From contig NC_057736.1 of assembly GCF_004010195.1 (NCBI RefSeq), positions 5,853,376 to 5,917,375 on the forward strand: a stretch of 64,000 nucleotides of DNA, given 5' to 3'. Below, piece after piece: positions 24,650 through 37,656 of the stretch. Position numbers and translations under genes: made by a program. The notes under the pieces are model-generated. The model was not told the DNA's origin and searched no databases. It saw only the letters and a program-made list of their open reading frames with translations. Origin of the DNA: Chiloscyllium plagiosum. Its lineage: Eukaryota. Numbering within the stretch: the first letter of the stretch is position 1; each line of letters opens with the position of its first letter.

Positions 24650-25850
24650 TTCATTTGCAAACATTTCTTTGACCAAATACAATGCATTCAGAGTGATTGC
24701 GCTGACGTATCAAATGCTGGTCAAAGGTGATTTGCACCATGCCATTTGTACTTGCAAATCAAACATTGCTACTAACCTCCACATCACTGAGGTGACAAAG
24801 GCATGAAAAGAAGTGAATGTTGGTTGAAAAGGTCCCATCACATGTAGAACTTGCAGGGGTGCTGTAGGACAAATGAAAACTGCTTAATTTTTATGTGATG
24901 ATGGTCTGTACTGAACGCAGATGACAGGTTTGTTAGGGGATTGGGTCCAGGTTGGAAGTGGGGTTAGAGCACAGCAGGCATGCCCTGTATTGGTCACTCG
25001 ACTGATATGGCATACTCGCCAAGCAGGTGAATATGGTGTGACTTGGGACCATGGTGGAGCAAAAAATATGTGTGCTGAACATCCAGTTCCACAGCTTAGA
25101 ACTCTCCAGTCCAATCCAGACAATGTGTCTCATGCCATCCTAACTCACTCTGCTCTGCACAGGAACCAGGTGACATGATAGATGCTGAGGAGTTGGGGGA
25201 ACGAGAGAAGTCATCTGAGTAGGAGGAGGAAGAAGCTCTCCTTGTCCATGATAGAGCTCAGTAGTACCAGGCACTTCTAGCCAGACAAGACCTGATTGAC
25301 ATTCAGTTCCAGTTGGTGAGAACTAGGAGACCATCATGGACTGTAGAATAGTTGTTGGTCATGATGCCAGCATTTTGTTTGCATTCCAAAGGTGAACTGC
25401 AGTCTATAATGGTTTTGTTTGTGTTCACTTTAGGTGGTTGCCAATAAAAGGTCATATTTAGAATGGTTTGATTACTTGCCTGTGTGTGAGGTTCCCTGAG
25501 TGGACATCAATTGCGTATGGGTCTCCTGCGGAGCCACAGGCAGCATTGACCTGGAGAGGCTGTTTAGACAGGAAGCAAGTCAGGGCAGGTAAAGTGTGTG
25601 CATGTGTGGTTAAACAATGACAAGGGTGAGAGAATTGGGCGGTACATAACAGGGAGTGTCAGACATGCTGGCTATGTGCAGTGAGCAGTGAGTGGCAATG
25701 CTGGATTGCCAACGATTTGTCCAGGTGCACACTGGCCTTTTGAAAATGATGTGTAACAAGCGCTGGTCTTTTGGTGAATATCCAGTGAGTGCCAAGTGTA
25801 TACAGACAGAGTCAGATGTGAGAGATGCTATAAGGTTGGGCCAGGTAGTA
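24650..25850 (+). mobile_element. Probable degraded PIF/Harbinger transposase remnant
   Basis: Scattered peptides GDLHHAI...HITEVTKA, VLNIQ and TGLLKM in the order expected for HARBI1-like transposases; many stops and frameshifts. Confidence 0.35.
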
Positions 25851-27665
25851 AATAAGGTACTTTTGATACGATGTGGTAAACAATATTGCTGGGCCTTGTG
25901 GTGTGAATCCTTCCAAAAAAAACGCACACTTAGCCAAAAGAGCTTAAAAGCCTCTATAGCTTAAATTCTGTGTTACATTTCACTGCAGTTGGCATCGGGT
26001 ATTTTCACTGGCAACAGTGTTACAATAGCTGCCATTTTATAATCATTGTGCATCACCATGAGCATTGACAATCTGGCCACTGCTATTCCATTCGTTTTAT
26101 AATATCTCCTGAATGTCTTCACCTTCCCATCTGTCATTTTCTCTCAATCCTGAAATTTATAATATCAAAATAAAAGGGTTTAACCCTTTAAGCCTTGCCT
26201 GGGTATTGTTGACTGAGGAAGTATTTATATTCATTGTCAGCCAGTTTCTGAGACTGGCAGCAACTCTGGGAGATTATGCAGATGAAGAAAATCTCAAAGT
26301 CACTGTGTGTGACTCCACACTCCTCTGCTGGATGCATTGTTGAGGTGCCTTGGAGTGTAATACTGAAGAAAGCAGTAAATTCATGAAATCTCAACTTTTA
26401 AGCTGCTAGTTTAATGTAAAAACATCATTGGATGAGATGTAACAGGGGCTACAATAGCATACTGCCTTCAGAATTATAACCAAACATCCTTACTGGCCTT
26501 GAAAAGCAATTTATGTATTTGCAAAATATTAAATTTCTCCATTATGATAAACTCCAAAGGTTTACTGTAATAATATTTTTAATATTGTTGATTTAGCTTT
26601 CATATAAAGCCAAACATAATAGTTTATTTCGTTAACTGAATTTTCTTCACTTCTAGGCTAAATTAAGTACTTCAGGCTTTGTTTTTTGGTCAGTGAGCGT
26701 ATGTCGATATGATTGGCTGCTTACCCTATGTACTGATATCGCTACTGTTATGTGCCTGGAGATACCCTTGACTTGGTTTAGCATTAAACTGTCATTGGGA
26801 AAGTGAAACTCTGCAACCAGAGGGATTGCTCAATCTTTGTGCAGAGCTTCCTTTGTCCTTATATTTCTACAAAGTTTCAGCTGAGATTATTTGGTCAATA
26901 TATTTAAAGTGAAGTTGCAACAGATGATCATATTTTTAAAAATATTGTATATCCTTTAATTAACCATTATTATTAGGAATGCCTCAACCTCTCTCTAAAG
27001 CCTGTAGTTGGACTGATTTTTTTTTTCCCCTGAAATCTTGGCACGATGCAATGAATTTGAGTTGTGCAATCTGGCTATGCAAGGCTTATTTAATTTCTCA
27101 GGATGTGTTACATTCAGTCAGTTGTACTGGTGGGATATCATTCTTTGCCTTCCAAAACTTCATGCTTCAGAGCTTTTATTTAAGTAATTTTGAAAAACAA
27201 CAGGACAAATTTTAAACAGCTTTAGGGAGTTAAAATTGATGTTATTTTTAAAACAGAAAAGGAAGAGAGTTGTGTGTGAATGAACTCAAGAGCAAGATAA
27301 CAATGTGGATGCTCTGAAAATCTGTCCACTGCAGCATTTTTTATGTTCATTAAAATCCAGAGAGTACTAAAACAGAAAAGGAGGCCTAAGGTCAGAAAGG
27401 AAGAAATGGGCAAGAGAAACTAGATTCCTTAAAAAAAACCTGTTCAGAGATAAAAAATCTAACAGGACTAGACAGGATAAATGCAAGAAGGATGTTCCCA
27501 ATAACTGAGGAGCCCAGAATCAGGGGTCACAGTTTGAAGATATGGGTCAGCCATTAAGGACTGAGGTAAAGGGAAACTTGTTCACCCAAAGAGTGGTGAG
27601 CCTGTGACGATGTCACAGCAAGTGGTTAAAGCCAAAACATTGAATGTTTTCAAGAAGGTGTTAGA

Positions 27666-28418
27666 GGACTTATACACTTAATGGTAAGGTCCTAGGGAGT
27701 GTTGCTGAACAAAAAGACCTTGAAGTGCAGGTTCATAGCTCCTTGAAAGTGGAGTCACAGGTAGATAGGATAGTGAAGAAGGTGTTTGGTATGCTTTCCT
27801 TTATTGGTCAGAGTATTGAGTACAGGAGTTGGGAGGTCATGTTGTGGCTGTACAGGACATTGGTTAGGCCACTGTTGGAATATTGTGTGCAATTCTGGTC
27901 TCCTTCCTATTGGAAAGATGTTGTGAAACTTGAAAGGGTTCAGAAAAGATTTATAAGGATGTTGTCAAGGTTGCAGGATTTGAACAGGCTGGGGCTGAAC
28001 AGGCTGGGGCTGTTTTCCCTGGAGTGTCGGAGGTTGAGCGGTGACCTTACAGAGGTTTACAAAATTATGAGGGGTATGGAAAGGGTAAATAGGCAAAGTC
28101 TTTTCCCTAGGGTCGGGGAGCCTTGAACTAGAGGGCATAGGATTAGGGTGAGATTGGAAAGATATAAAAGAGATCTATGGGGCAACTTTTTCACAAAGAG
28201 AGTGGTACGTGTATGGAATGAGCTGCTAGAGGAAGTGGTGGAGGCTGGTACAATTGCAACATTTAAGAGGCATTTGGATGGGTATATGAATAGGAAGAGT
28301 TTGGAGGGATATGGGCTGGGTGCTGGCAGATGGGACTAGATTGGGTTGGGATATCTGGTCAGCGTGAAGGGTTGGACCGAAGGATCTGTTTCCATGCTGT
28401 ACATCTCTATGACTCTAT
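27666..28418 (+). mobile_element. Young CR1/HER1-type LINE 3' fragment inserted in an older CR1 (27450-28535)
   Basis: ORF 27725-28126 ...RPLLEYCVQFWSP...LERVQKRF; tail catctctatgactct; the older CR1 resumes at 28419. Confidence 0.92.
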
Positions 28419-29022
28419 ATAATTCTTAGAGCTAAAGGGATCAAAGGGTATGAGAAGAAGGTGAGTTGGGTAATAAGCCATGATCATATTAGATGGGAGA
28501 GTAGGCCCAAAGGGCCAAATGGCCTACCCCGATGCTATTTATGCTATTGGCCACCCCTGCAATAGGAGCAAGTTGAATTCAGGCCTCCTAAACCAAAAGT
28601 AGGAACAATACCATTGTAGCACAAAGGCCTGTCTGGTTGGGACAAATTGGTAGACATTACTTCCCAATGTAAAGGAATAGCAGATGAGGAATTTGATCCA
28701 TTGACCACTTGTATGGTCAGAAAGTACATATGTGCATTTATTTGTATAAATGTCATTTTCATTTTCAAAAGAGTTAAATGGTAAAGCCAACCTCATTATT
28801 GGAATTTGGTAAAGGTCACTGAGTTCTGATTATGAAATGTTTTAATTTCTTAGACCTATGAGGCAGGGAGAATGTCAAAGAGAAGTGTTTAAAACAACTG
28901 ATTCCTGGTGAGACAGTATTTAGCTTCTCAAGATCCACTCTTGTGGAAGTGGGTGGAAGCTAATGGTAGAGGGAAGAGTGGGTAGGGAGCTAATAACAGG
29001 ATGATGGACAATGTACCAAGTA

Positions 29023-29502
29023 GGAGAAAGTGAGGACTGCAGATGCTGGAGATCAGAGCTGAAAATGTGTTGCTGGAAAAGCGCAGCAGGTCAGACAGCA
29101 CCCAAGGAGCAGGAGAATCGACGTTTCTGGCATAAGCCCTTCTTCAGGAATGAGGAAAGTGTGCCAAGCAGGCTAATATAAAAGGTAGGGAGGAGGGACT
29201 TGGGGGAGGGGTGTTGGAAATGCGATAGGTCGAAGGAGGTTAAGGTGAGGGTGATACAGTGAGGGTGAAAGGCCGGAGTGGGGGTGGGGGCGGAGAGGTC
29301 AGGAAGATGACTGCAGGTTAGGAAGGTGGTGCTGACCTCCCCGCCCCCACCCCCACTCCGGTGGTTGGTCCGGGTGTCCCAGAGGTGTTCTCTGAAACGT
29401 TCCGCAAGTAGGCGGCCTGTCTCCCCAATATAGAGGAGGCCACATCGGGTGCAGCGGATGCAGTAAATGATGTGTGCGGAGGTGCAGGTGAATTTGTGGC
29501 GG
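29023..29502 (-). mobile_element. Penelope-like element, 5'-truncated and internally deleted, with GIY-YIG endonuclease remnant
   Basis: HIIYCIRCTRCGLLYIGETGRLLAERFREHL; family A terminal repeat with hammerhead core at 29119-29147; TSD accaagta at 29015-29022 and 29503-29510. Confidence 0.92.
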
Positions 29503-31475
29503 ACCAAGTAGGCAAGAAAGTTAGTGATGGTAGAGAAGGGAATTTTTCATACGAAGGTAAAATGGTAAGGAACATATTTGGAATGATGGGGCAGGGGTAA
29601 CATGATGGGGAAAACCACTCAAGTCCACATTTTTTTGCAATCTTCCATCTCATTGCAAGTCAGATCACCACTAAAAGGTAAATCAGGACAAAGCCAAAAC
29701 AGCAAAATAATTAAAGCAGTGATGCAGAGCAGGAAGAAATACACTGGAGCACAACAGGAAATTGACATCACACAAACATCAGATAGAGCAAATGGGCAAG
29801 GTAAGGATCCAATCTCTTTGAATCACAAAACTCACATCATCTTGGTAGTCTTCTTCCAAATCTGTTTCTAAGTCCACAATGTCTACAATGTCGAAAACTA
29901 CTTGTTTAGTACTTTTGACAGGTGGCTCAGTTGGTATGACAGATAGATCTGTTTGTATAACTGTTAGACCAGTCTCTGAGAGAGGTTCTTCATCATTTTC
30001 TGGTGTTTCTTCTTCTTCTGGTACCTTATAACAATAAGAAAATGTGGGGAGAAAAAATGATTCCAGCTGCTAAATTAAAGGGCAGAGATCAAACCATGAT
30101 TATGCCTGTCTGGTTTTAAGATCTGGCTTTTCAATATAATATATATGTACCCAATATATAAATATATATTTTAATAATATTGCTTTGACCTGCTATGTCA
30201 CATATATTCATGGCAATCATAAACATCAGTGAGATTAGAGGGTAGCAGCCATATGGAAGTCTGAGGTAAGTTTCCCTCCAAGTCACAAACCATTCTGAAT
30301 GAATCATCATTCCTTCACTGTGACTGAGACAAAATCCTGGAATGCTCCCCGCCTCCGAGCTGAGCTCACGACTCAAGGGCAATTTGGGATGTGAAATACA
30401 CCCAGACACTGTGAAGTGCTGATTGAGGAAGGAATAATGACCAGGAAAATTGGAGAATTTCCTGTTCTACAAATGGAGCCACAAAATCTTTAACATTCAC
30501 TGTTAATATCCCGGATCTTGAGGACTGCAATTCCAACATTACAGGACTCACAATTCTACGTTGTTCATCTGGTTAGAATCAATACTAAAATATTGAAATG
30601 GGGTTTATTCCAGAAACTTCTTTCTCAGCTGGCCCAATATTGCACACTAGTAGGCTATATAAATATTTGGGATCTTGGTTTCATTGTTTTTCCAAGGTCA
30701 AACGAAAAATATCAGGACCAGCTTTCTGGAGCTTAAGTAGTCCATCATTGACTTGTGCTCAAACTGTGTCAATATTGACACCCAATTACATAATTTCAGA
30801 TCCATTTTGTGGCAGCATTTAGCCAGATTGAGCTTCTGGAAATTATTGCTGTGTAGAATGAATAACACAGTCTATGTTATTGATGAAACTTAGAAAACGA
30901 CATTGCTTAATGCAAGAATTAATGATTCTTCAAATCTGAAAATGCAGCATCAACCAGACCATTTTGAACTTTACCACAACTCAATAACAAATTTGATGTA
31001 AATCCGGGCTTAAGATGTTCCATTGTTACTTTATCAGGCTCCACCAAATTCAATTCTATTGATTGATCAGTCTCCTTGGCCACTTACTGCTCACCTCATA
31101 GTTAGCTGTTAATTTCCATGATTGGACTTTGTCAAGCTAATCTACAGCTTTGGAATCACTGATTAACTGAAGGAACCAAATCATCATTTTAAGTGACTAT
31201 CTTTATTGGCTTTACAGCTGGAGCAGTTAATAGAGACTTTATTGTAAAGATTTTCTCAGTTACCAATGATTTCTATTTGCACATTTCCATTCAGAGGTAT
31301 TGCAAGACTAAAAGAATGAACTGATTGTAGAAATATCACAGACAGAACTGCAAAATGGTTTCAGTTGCATTACTTCTGTGAATATTAAAAGGGCAATTCT
31401 TTAGTAAAAGAAGTTGAGCTACTGGATGTGAAACTCATTATAGTCACAGATGGCTGGAACCTGCTCTCTCTTTGG

Positions 31476-31520
31476 AGAGAGAGATAGAGAGAGAAAAAGA
31501 GAGAGAGAGAGAAAGAGAGT
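31476..31520. repeat. (GA)n microsatellite
   Basis: Imperfect GA run seen directly. Confidence 0.85.
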
Positions 31521-31859
31521 GCTTGTACTAGTAGTAAGATTAATGAGAAGGTCACCTTGCCTCAGTTGTATATTGAGATTGATAAGGCAAGGACGTCATG
31601 TTGACCTCAGCCAGAATGGGAATTGGACATGCACTGTTGGTGTCATGCTATCACAAACCAGCCATCCATCCACCTGAGCTAACCAAACCCCTGATGTCTT
31701 TGTCCTGGACGACAGCTGGAATTGGGCCAGGTGAGACTCCCTCCTTCTTCCCCCGATCAACTCAATGTTGTGGCCCCAGTGCTCCCACTTTGAGAAGGAG
31801 GCAGGTGGCCTGGGCCAACAGGAATAGAGCAATTGCTCTCAAGACTATTGTCTTGGGTA

Positions 31860-32000
31860 GAAGCAAAATATTGCAGATGCGGAAACCTGAAACAAAGTGC
31901 TGGAGAAACTCAGCAGGTTTGGCAACATCTGTGCAGAGAGGAACCAAGTTAATGTTTCATGTGCTATATGTCTCTTCTTCTGAACTTTGAAGAAGAGTCA
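31860..32000 (-). mobile_element. PLE family C terminal repeat, partial fold-back
   Basis: acaaagtgctggagaaactcagcagg...tctcttcttc/gaagaagag. Confidence 0.6.
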
Positions 32001-32589
32001 ATTCGCACCTTAACAGAATTATGGGCTTACCTACAGCACATGGACGGTTCAAACAGGCAGCTCATCACCACCTTCTCAAGGGCAACTAGGGAGGGAGCAA
32101 TAAACGTTAGCCCAGCCAGTGACACCCACATTGCACATAGAAACATAGAAGATAGGAGCAGAACGAGGCCATTCACTGCCATTTATCACGGTCACGGCTG
32201 ATCGTCCGACTCAATTGGCCTAATCCTACTTTCTCCCCATAACCTTTGATCCCGTTCCCCCCAAGTACTCTATCCAGCCGCCCCTTTTGGCATCAACTAC
32301 TTCCGGTGGTAATGAATTCCACTCTTTGGATCTCTGTCCTAAATGGTCTAGCCCAAATCCTCACTAGTGAATAAAAGTAATATGGGATTTAGTTCTTACT
32401 CTCTCCCTTTAGTTTTTTTTTCACATAAGCATTGTCCTTATCAGGCTTTGATTGTTAATGTTTCAGTAGCCACATGGTTGCTTTCCCGGTAGTGGAAATT
32501 ATAAAGTTTTAGCATCATGTTGTCTTTTTACCGTGTCACTTCACGTACAGACCACACGGGTGGTGCGGGGAAAAGAAATAATCACTACT

Positions 32590-32780
32590 GCTTGATCCCC
32601 CTTTGAGTGCAGTGGCAGTGTGGGGGAAATTAAGAGAGAAAAACAAATAAATTGGAGATTCAAGAGGTCTCCTTAGCATATGGTCTGGCTTTGATCTGAC
32701 TGGTCACAGCCCATATACAGTGCATAAGTAAATAAAGGGTGATTTGGTGACAGAAAAGCAGCCTCTGTGCAGTTAGTTCA
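32590..32780 (+). mobile_element. Solo LTR-like repeat
   Basis: gtaaataaagggtgatttggtga...ctctgtgcagtta is shared, in reverse orientation, with 47310-47530. Confidence 0.5.
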
Positions 32781-33224
32781 AGTATACTTTACTCAAGTGA
32801 TTATAACTAAACTAAATCTATCATAAATGAAGAGAAAGGTCATATGGAGACTTGACACGTTAACTCTTTCTCTCTACACATGATGTGGAGGTGTCAGTGT
32901 TGGACTGGGGTGGACAAAGTTTTAAAAAATGACACAACACGAGGTTATAATGGTGTCCTCTGATTTTTAACTCTCTCTACCCTGATGCCGCCAGTGCTGC
33001 AGAGTTGTTCCAGCATGCGCTTATTGGCGGGATCTTGCTGTGCGCAAACTGTTTGCAGTGTTCTTTCCCCACACCCAAGTGGCCGCAGTTGCTGTGTAAC
33101 AGCCTTGAAAGCGACTTCTACTGAAATCGGTGAAACTGTCGGATGGATGCAAATGAAATTCGTGTCACAATCGTTCCTTTTCAACACTCTCCCGAACCAA
33201 GAAAAAAATCGACTTGACACTTAC

Positions 33225-33479
33225 TTCAAACTGAATTTCAATTGACTGTTTAGCAGGCAGCAAGGCAGTGAAGGGCTGGTGGAGTTTGAACTCGGGAGAG
33301 CTAATGGAATCCAGGCTCTTGGGAGTGACCCAGTTTCCGGAGGGAGGGTATAGTGGATCCAAGAAAGAGCTCTTGGGAATAGCATCATCCGTGGGCTCAG
33401 TGACAAACAAGTCGTGGTACAGCACATTCAGTGAGAACGCTGTCGTTACCGCAACCAAAACTCCACACCAGAACGACAT
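33225..33479 (-). CDS. First coding exon of an unidentified gene with an N-terminal signal/anchor
   Basis: ATG at 33479, 85 codons (MSFWCGVLVAVTTAFSLNVLYHDLF...SIEIQFE), donor GAA|gtaagt in phase 0, in CpG-enriched non-repetitive sequence. Confidence 0.68.
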
Positions 33480-33900
33480 TGGTGATGGTTAATCTCAGCT
33501 CAGAAGCCGGCCATGGTCCTCTTTCACCACCCCACACACACACACACACACTTTTGGTGTTGTGTTGAAAGATGTTTCGATCTGAGCGACAGCCCCTTTC
33601 TGGAGAGTCACAGAATTATCACCGTTCTAGAATCCCGGAACAAAAAGCTAAAGAACTTGGTGTGGAACTTCCCGAGATCAGCTGTTTCGGAAGATTCCCC
33701 ACTGGGCTCAGCGCCAAACCTGCTACCTTTTCGTTTCATCTTCCTCTTCATGAGTGCAAAGGCCTCCCAAATTTCCACCAGTGGCTGGTGTATATTTCCA
33801 ATTTGCTGCAGAAACAATAATCTCGTGGGGAGTCAGTCCTTTGAAAATGGACACAACGCATTTAGGAGTTTACCCTCTTTAAGTATCTCAGAGATCAATT
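33480..33900 (-). promoter_or_regulatory. CpG-enriched 5' UTR/promoter of the minus-strand gene, including uORF MAGF* (33500-33514)
   Basis: CpG density visibly above the flanks over ~32980-33900; accATGG Kozak context at 33514. Confidence 0.5.
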
Positions 33901-34069
33901 TAAGATCAAATAACATGATTTATACAAGGATTTTCACCTTCTCTGCGGCTGTAACATTGTACTGTATTCTTTGCTCTGTTGTCTTACCGTTATGCATTTT
34001 GAATGGTATGATCTGCTTGTACTGCACACAACAAAACTTTTCACTGTACCTTTTTTAAAATTAATTTGT

Positions 34070-34530
34070 GGGACTTGGGCATCACTGGCTGGCTAGCATT
34101 GATAGCCCATCTCTACTTGCCCTTAAGAAAGTGGTGGTGAGCTGCCTTTGCGAATCTCTGCAGTCCACTTGCTGCTAGTTGGCCCACAATGCCGATAGGG
34201 AGGTAATTCCAGGACCTTGACCCAACCACTGTGAAGGAATGGCAGTTTATTTCCAAGTCAGGGTAGTGAGTGGCTTGGAGGGGAACTTGCAGATGGTGGT
34301 GTTCCCAAGTACCTGCTGCCCTTGTCCTTCTAGATGGAAGTGCTCGTGGGTTTGGAAGGTGCTGTCTAAGGATCTTTGGTGAATTTCTGCAGTGCGTCTT
34401 GTAGATCGTACACACTGCTGCTATTGAGTGCCAGTGGTGGAGGGATTGGATGTTTGTGGTGCCAATCAAGCGAGTTGCTTTGTCATGGATAGTGTCAAGC
34501 TTCTTGAGTGTTATTGGAGCTGCACCCATC
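34070..34530 (-). mobile_element. CR1/L2-like LINE 3' end (second LINE family)
   Basis: ORF TLKKLDTIHDKATRLIG...SLHH...LQRFAKAAHHHFLKG. Related pieces at 19345, ~30265, ~32025 and 56720-57330. Confidence 0.8.
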
Positions 34531-34711
34531 CCCATTCAGAGTACATCTGACAATAATAAATCAAATCAAATTATTGCACGCTCTTTAGACTCACAATTGG
34601 AAATCAGGCAATTAACACAAGCAAACTGAATCAATGACTACAGAATTTTGAGTTTCTGTTGGGGCTTTTGTGCCACAGTGGTAGTGTCCCAACCTCTGAA
34701 CCAGGAAACAG

Positions 34712-35046
34712 GGTCGCACAGTGGCTCAGTGGTTAGCACTGCTGCTTCACCACGCCAGGAACCTGGGTTTGATTCCAGCCTCGGGTGACTGTCTTTGTGG
34801 AGTTTGCACATTCTCCCCGTGTCTGCATGGGTTCCCTCCGGGTGCTCCGGTTTCCTCCCACAGTCCAAAGATGTGCAGTTTAGGTGGATTGACCATGCTA
34901 AAAATTGCCCATAGTGTTAGGTGCATTAGTCAGGGGAAATGTAGAATAATATGGCAATGGGTCTGGGTGGGATACTCTTCAGAGAGTCAGTGTGGACTTG
35001 CTGGGTTGAAGGGCCTGTTTTCACACTGTAGGAATTCTACATTCTA
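34712..35046 (+). mobile_element. HE1-like V-SINE, inserted in an older tRNA-like SINE head
   Basis: gcacagtggctcagtggttagcactgctg, V-domain and tail; aggaaac is duplicated at both ends. Confidence 0.9.
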
Positions 35047-35229
35047 GGAAACCTGGGTTCAAATCCCACCTGCTCCAGAGGTGTTTAATAACATCTCTGA
35101 ACTGATTGGTTTGGAAAATATCTGTTGAGTTTCTGTTTTACCTTACAGTTTGGGATCATTTTGTTTAAGATAAATGCCAATGAATTCCATTGTTGTTGTG
35201 GTGCTATTCAAATGTTTTGGGAGGAAAAG

Positions 35230-36620
35230 GAGATGTAGACTATTTTCTAAATGTAGAAAGGCTTCAGAAATCTGAAGCACAAAGAGACTTCGGAGTCTTA
35301 GCTCAGTGTTCTTTTAAGGTTTACATTTAGTTGGCACTTAGGAAGGTAAATGTAATGTTAGCATTCACTTTAAGAGGGCTGATAGGTAAGAGCAGAGCTG
35401 TACTGCTGAAGCTGTATAAGGCTCTGGTCAGACTGTATTAAGAATATTGTGAGCAGATTTGGGTCCCATATCTAAGAAAACATGTGATGGTGTTGGAAGG
35501 AGTCCAGAGGAGGTTTACAAGGATAACTCTGGGGATGAAGGGCTTGTCATATGAGGAATGGTTGAGGGTTGAAGCTTTGTTCTCGATGGAGTTTAGAAGG
35601 GTAAGGGTGATCTGCTTGAAGCATACAGAATACTGAGAGGCCTGGATAGTGTGGACATGAAGAAGATGCTTCAACCAGTAGGAGAGATTAGGACCTGAGG
35701 GCACCTGAAGGGTTGACTCTGAGATGATGAGGAATTTCTTCAGCAAGAGATTGGTGACTGTATTGAACTAATTGCCACAGGGTTGTGTGGAGACCAAGTC
35801 ATTGAGTGTAATTAAGACAGAGATAGATAGGTTCTTGACTGGAAAAGGGATGAAGGGTTACAGGGAGAAGGCAGGAGAATGGACTTGAGGAACATATAAA
35901 CCACGACCAAATGGCAGAGTAGACTTGATGGGCCGAATGGCCGAATTCTGCTCCTACATCTTATGCTTTTATGGAATTAAATGAGGAATGCAATCTTGGC
36001 TAGAGATGAGAAAGATAAAGTTAAGAAGTTGCTAGTAGATGTGGTGCACAGGCCCCTAACATACCTATGCAGTAAGATAAAGTACAGAGAGAGCAATAAC
36101 AGGTTTAATAGAAAGATATGGCGGTAATCATGGGGTACTTTTACTTGCATAGATTGGGAAAATCAGATGAGCGAAGGAGTCTAGTTAAATTCTTAGAATG
36201 TTTTTCAGATAGTTTCTTAGAACAGCAACCAGAGAGCAGATTACAGTACAATTAGGCATACTATCGTGCAACAAGATAGGAATAATGCTGTCATAGTGAA
36301 GATGGCCCTAAGTAGCAACAGCCGTAATGTGATTGAATTTTGTATTCAGTTTGACAGAGAAAAGAGTGGTTCCAAGACTAATATTTTAAATTTAAATAAG
36401 AGAATTATGAGCGCATGAAAATACAGCTAGTTAAAATGAACTGGCAAGTTAGTTAAGGTTTAGGCCAAAAGATGTATGGCAGCAGATACTTCAGGGGATA
36501 CTTTGGAATGCACATGATTGATACATTGTAATGAAAAAGAAAATGAGTCCAAGAGGGAGGACCCATCATCGGTGGTTTACTAAAAAGGTTATGGCTAGTA
36601 TCAAACCTACAGGAAAAGCA
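35230..36620 (+). mobile_element. Old CR1-type LINE fragments
   Basis: RT C-terminus and tail at 35230-35975; a more 5' ORF2 segment at 36040-36620 continues at 39560. Confidence 0.78.
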
Positions 36621-37656
36621 TGTATTATGGACTATACCAAACCCCCTCAAAATATATGAAGAAGATATCTTGACCCTAACTTTTCCTTACGTGTAAGACC
36701 TTATGTGCCAAATACTTGACTTTAAGCAAAACCTACTTTATTTTTACACTGCAGTCGAAGTACAGACAAAATAAAAAGAAAAGAATTAGTTTAATGGTTA
36801 ATTCTTTACAAATTCATTACGAACTTCAGATGAAACCATTCAATCCCAGGAATCAAAGTATTTCCCTCTTTGTCAATGGTATGGGAAACTCCCCAATAAC
36901 CTTTGTTTTCACATCCTGTGGGGCCATTTGCAAAGTCAAGCCTGCCTCCCAAAGTCAATTGAAAAATTCCCATAGATGTTCCAAATGTTACTTCCATGTT
37001 TGACTAAAAATCACCAGATCATTGATGAACACCACACAATTAGGTAATCCCAAAGTTATGAATTTATCTTTGAAATGTGATCGGTGTATTTTTTCATACC
37101 AAATGGTATGACTTTAAACTGGTACGGTATATTCGGTATCACAAAAGCAGAAATTTCCTTCGTTCTTTGGAAAAAGGCACCTGTCAGTATCCTCTGGGTA
37201 AGTCCAATTTAGAAACATAAGTCCTTTGCCCCAGCTTCTCAACACAGTTTTTCAAATGTAGAATAGGATATGAATCAGATCTTGTAACAGCATTGACTTT
37301 GTGATAGTTGACACATCATCATTGGGTACCATTCGGTTTTGACATCATTACCATGGGTGAGCTCTATTTGCTGCAAATCACATTGATTATATAGTCTTTG
37401 AGCATTCATCCAATCTCTTCTTGAAGCTGCACCAACTTTGCAGGAGTAAGTCCGTAAGGATGTTACTTATTTGGAACAGCATTTCCTGTATCTACATCAT
37501 GTGTAATTAGATTAGTTCTTCCCAGTTTATTCCCACGTTATTTCCCCATGTGACTGTGTTATGAATCAGATCAAACCACTCCAAAATATGTTAAGAAGAT
37601 AGTCCAGATCCTAACATTTTCTGATTTTAAAAGAAAGTGTAAAGTGTTGTGTGATA

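Noticed and set aside
33268-33492. 74-aa + strand ORF
   Set aside because: Antisense shadow of the minus-strand exon, which has an ATG, a hydrophobic leader and a consensus donor.
33513-34058. 181-aa + strand ORF
   Set aside because: No recognisable domain, begins in a CA microsatellite, and overlaps the presumed promoter of the minus-strand gene.
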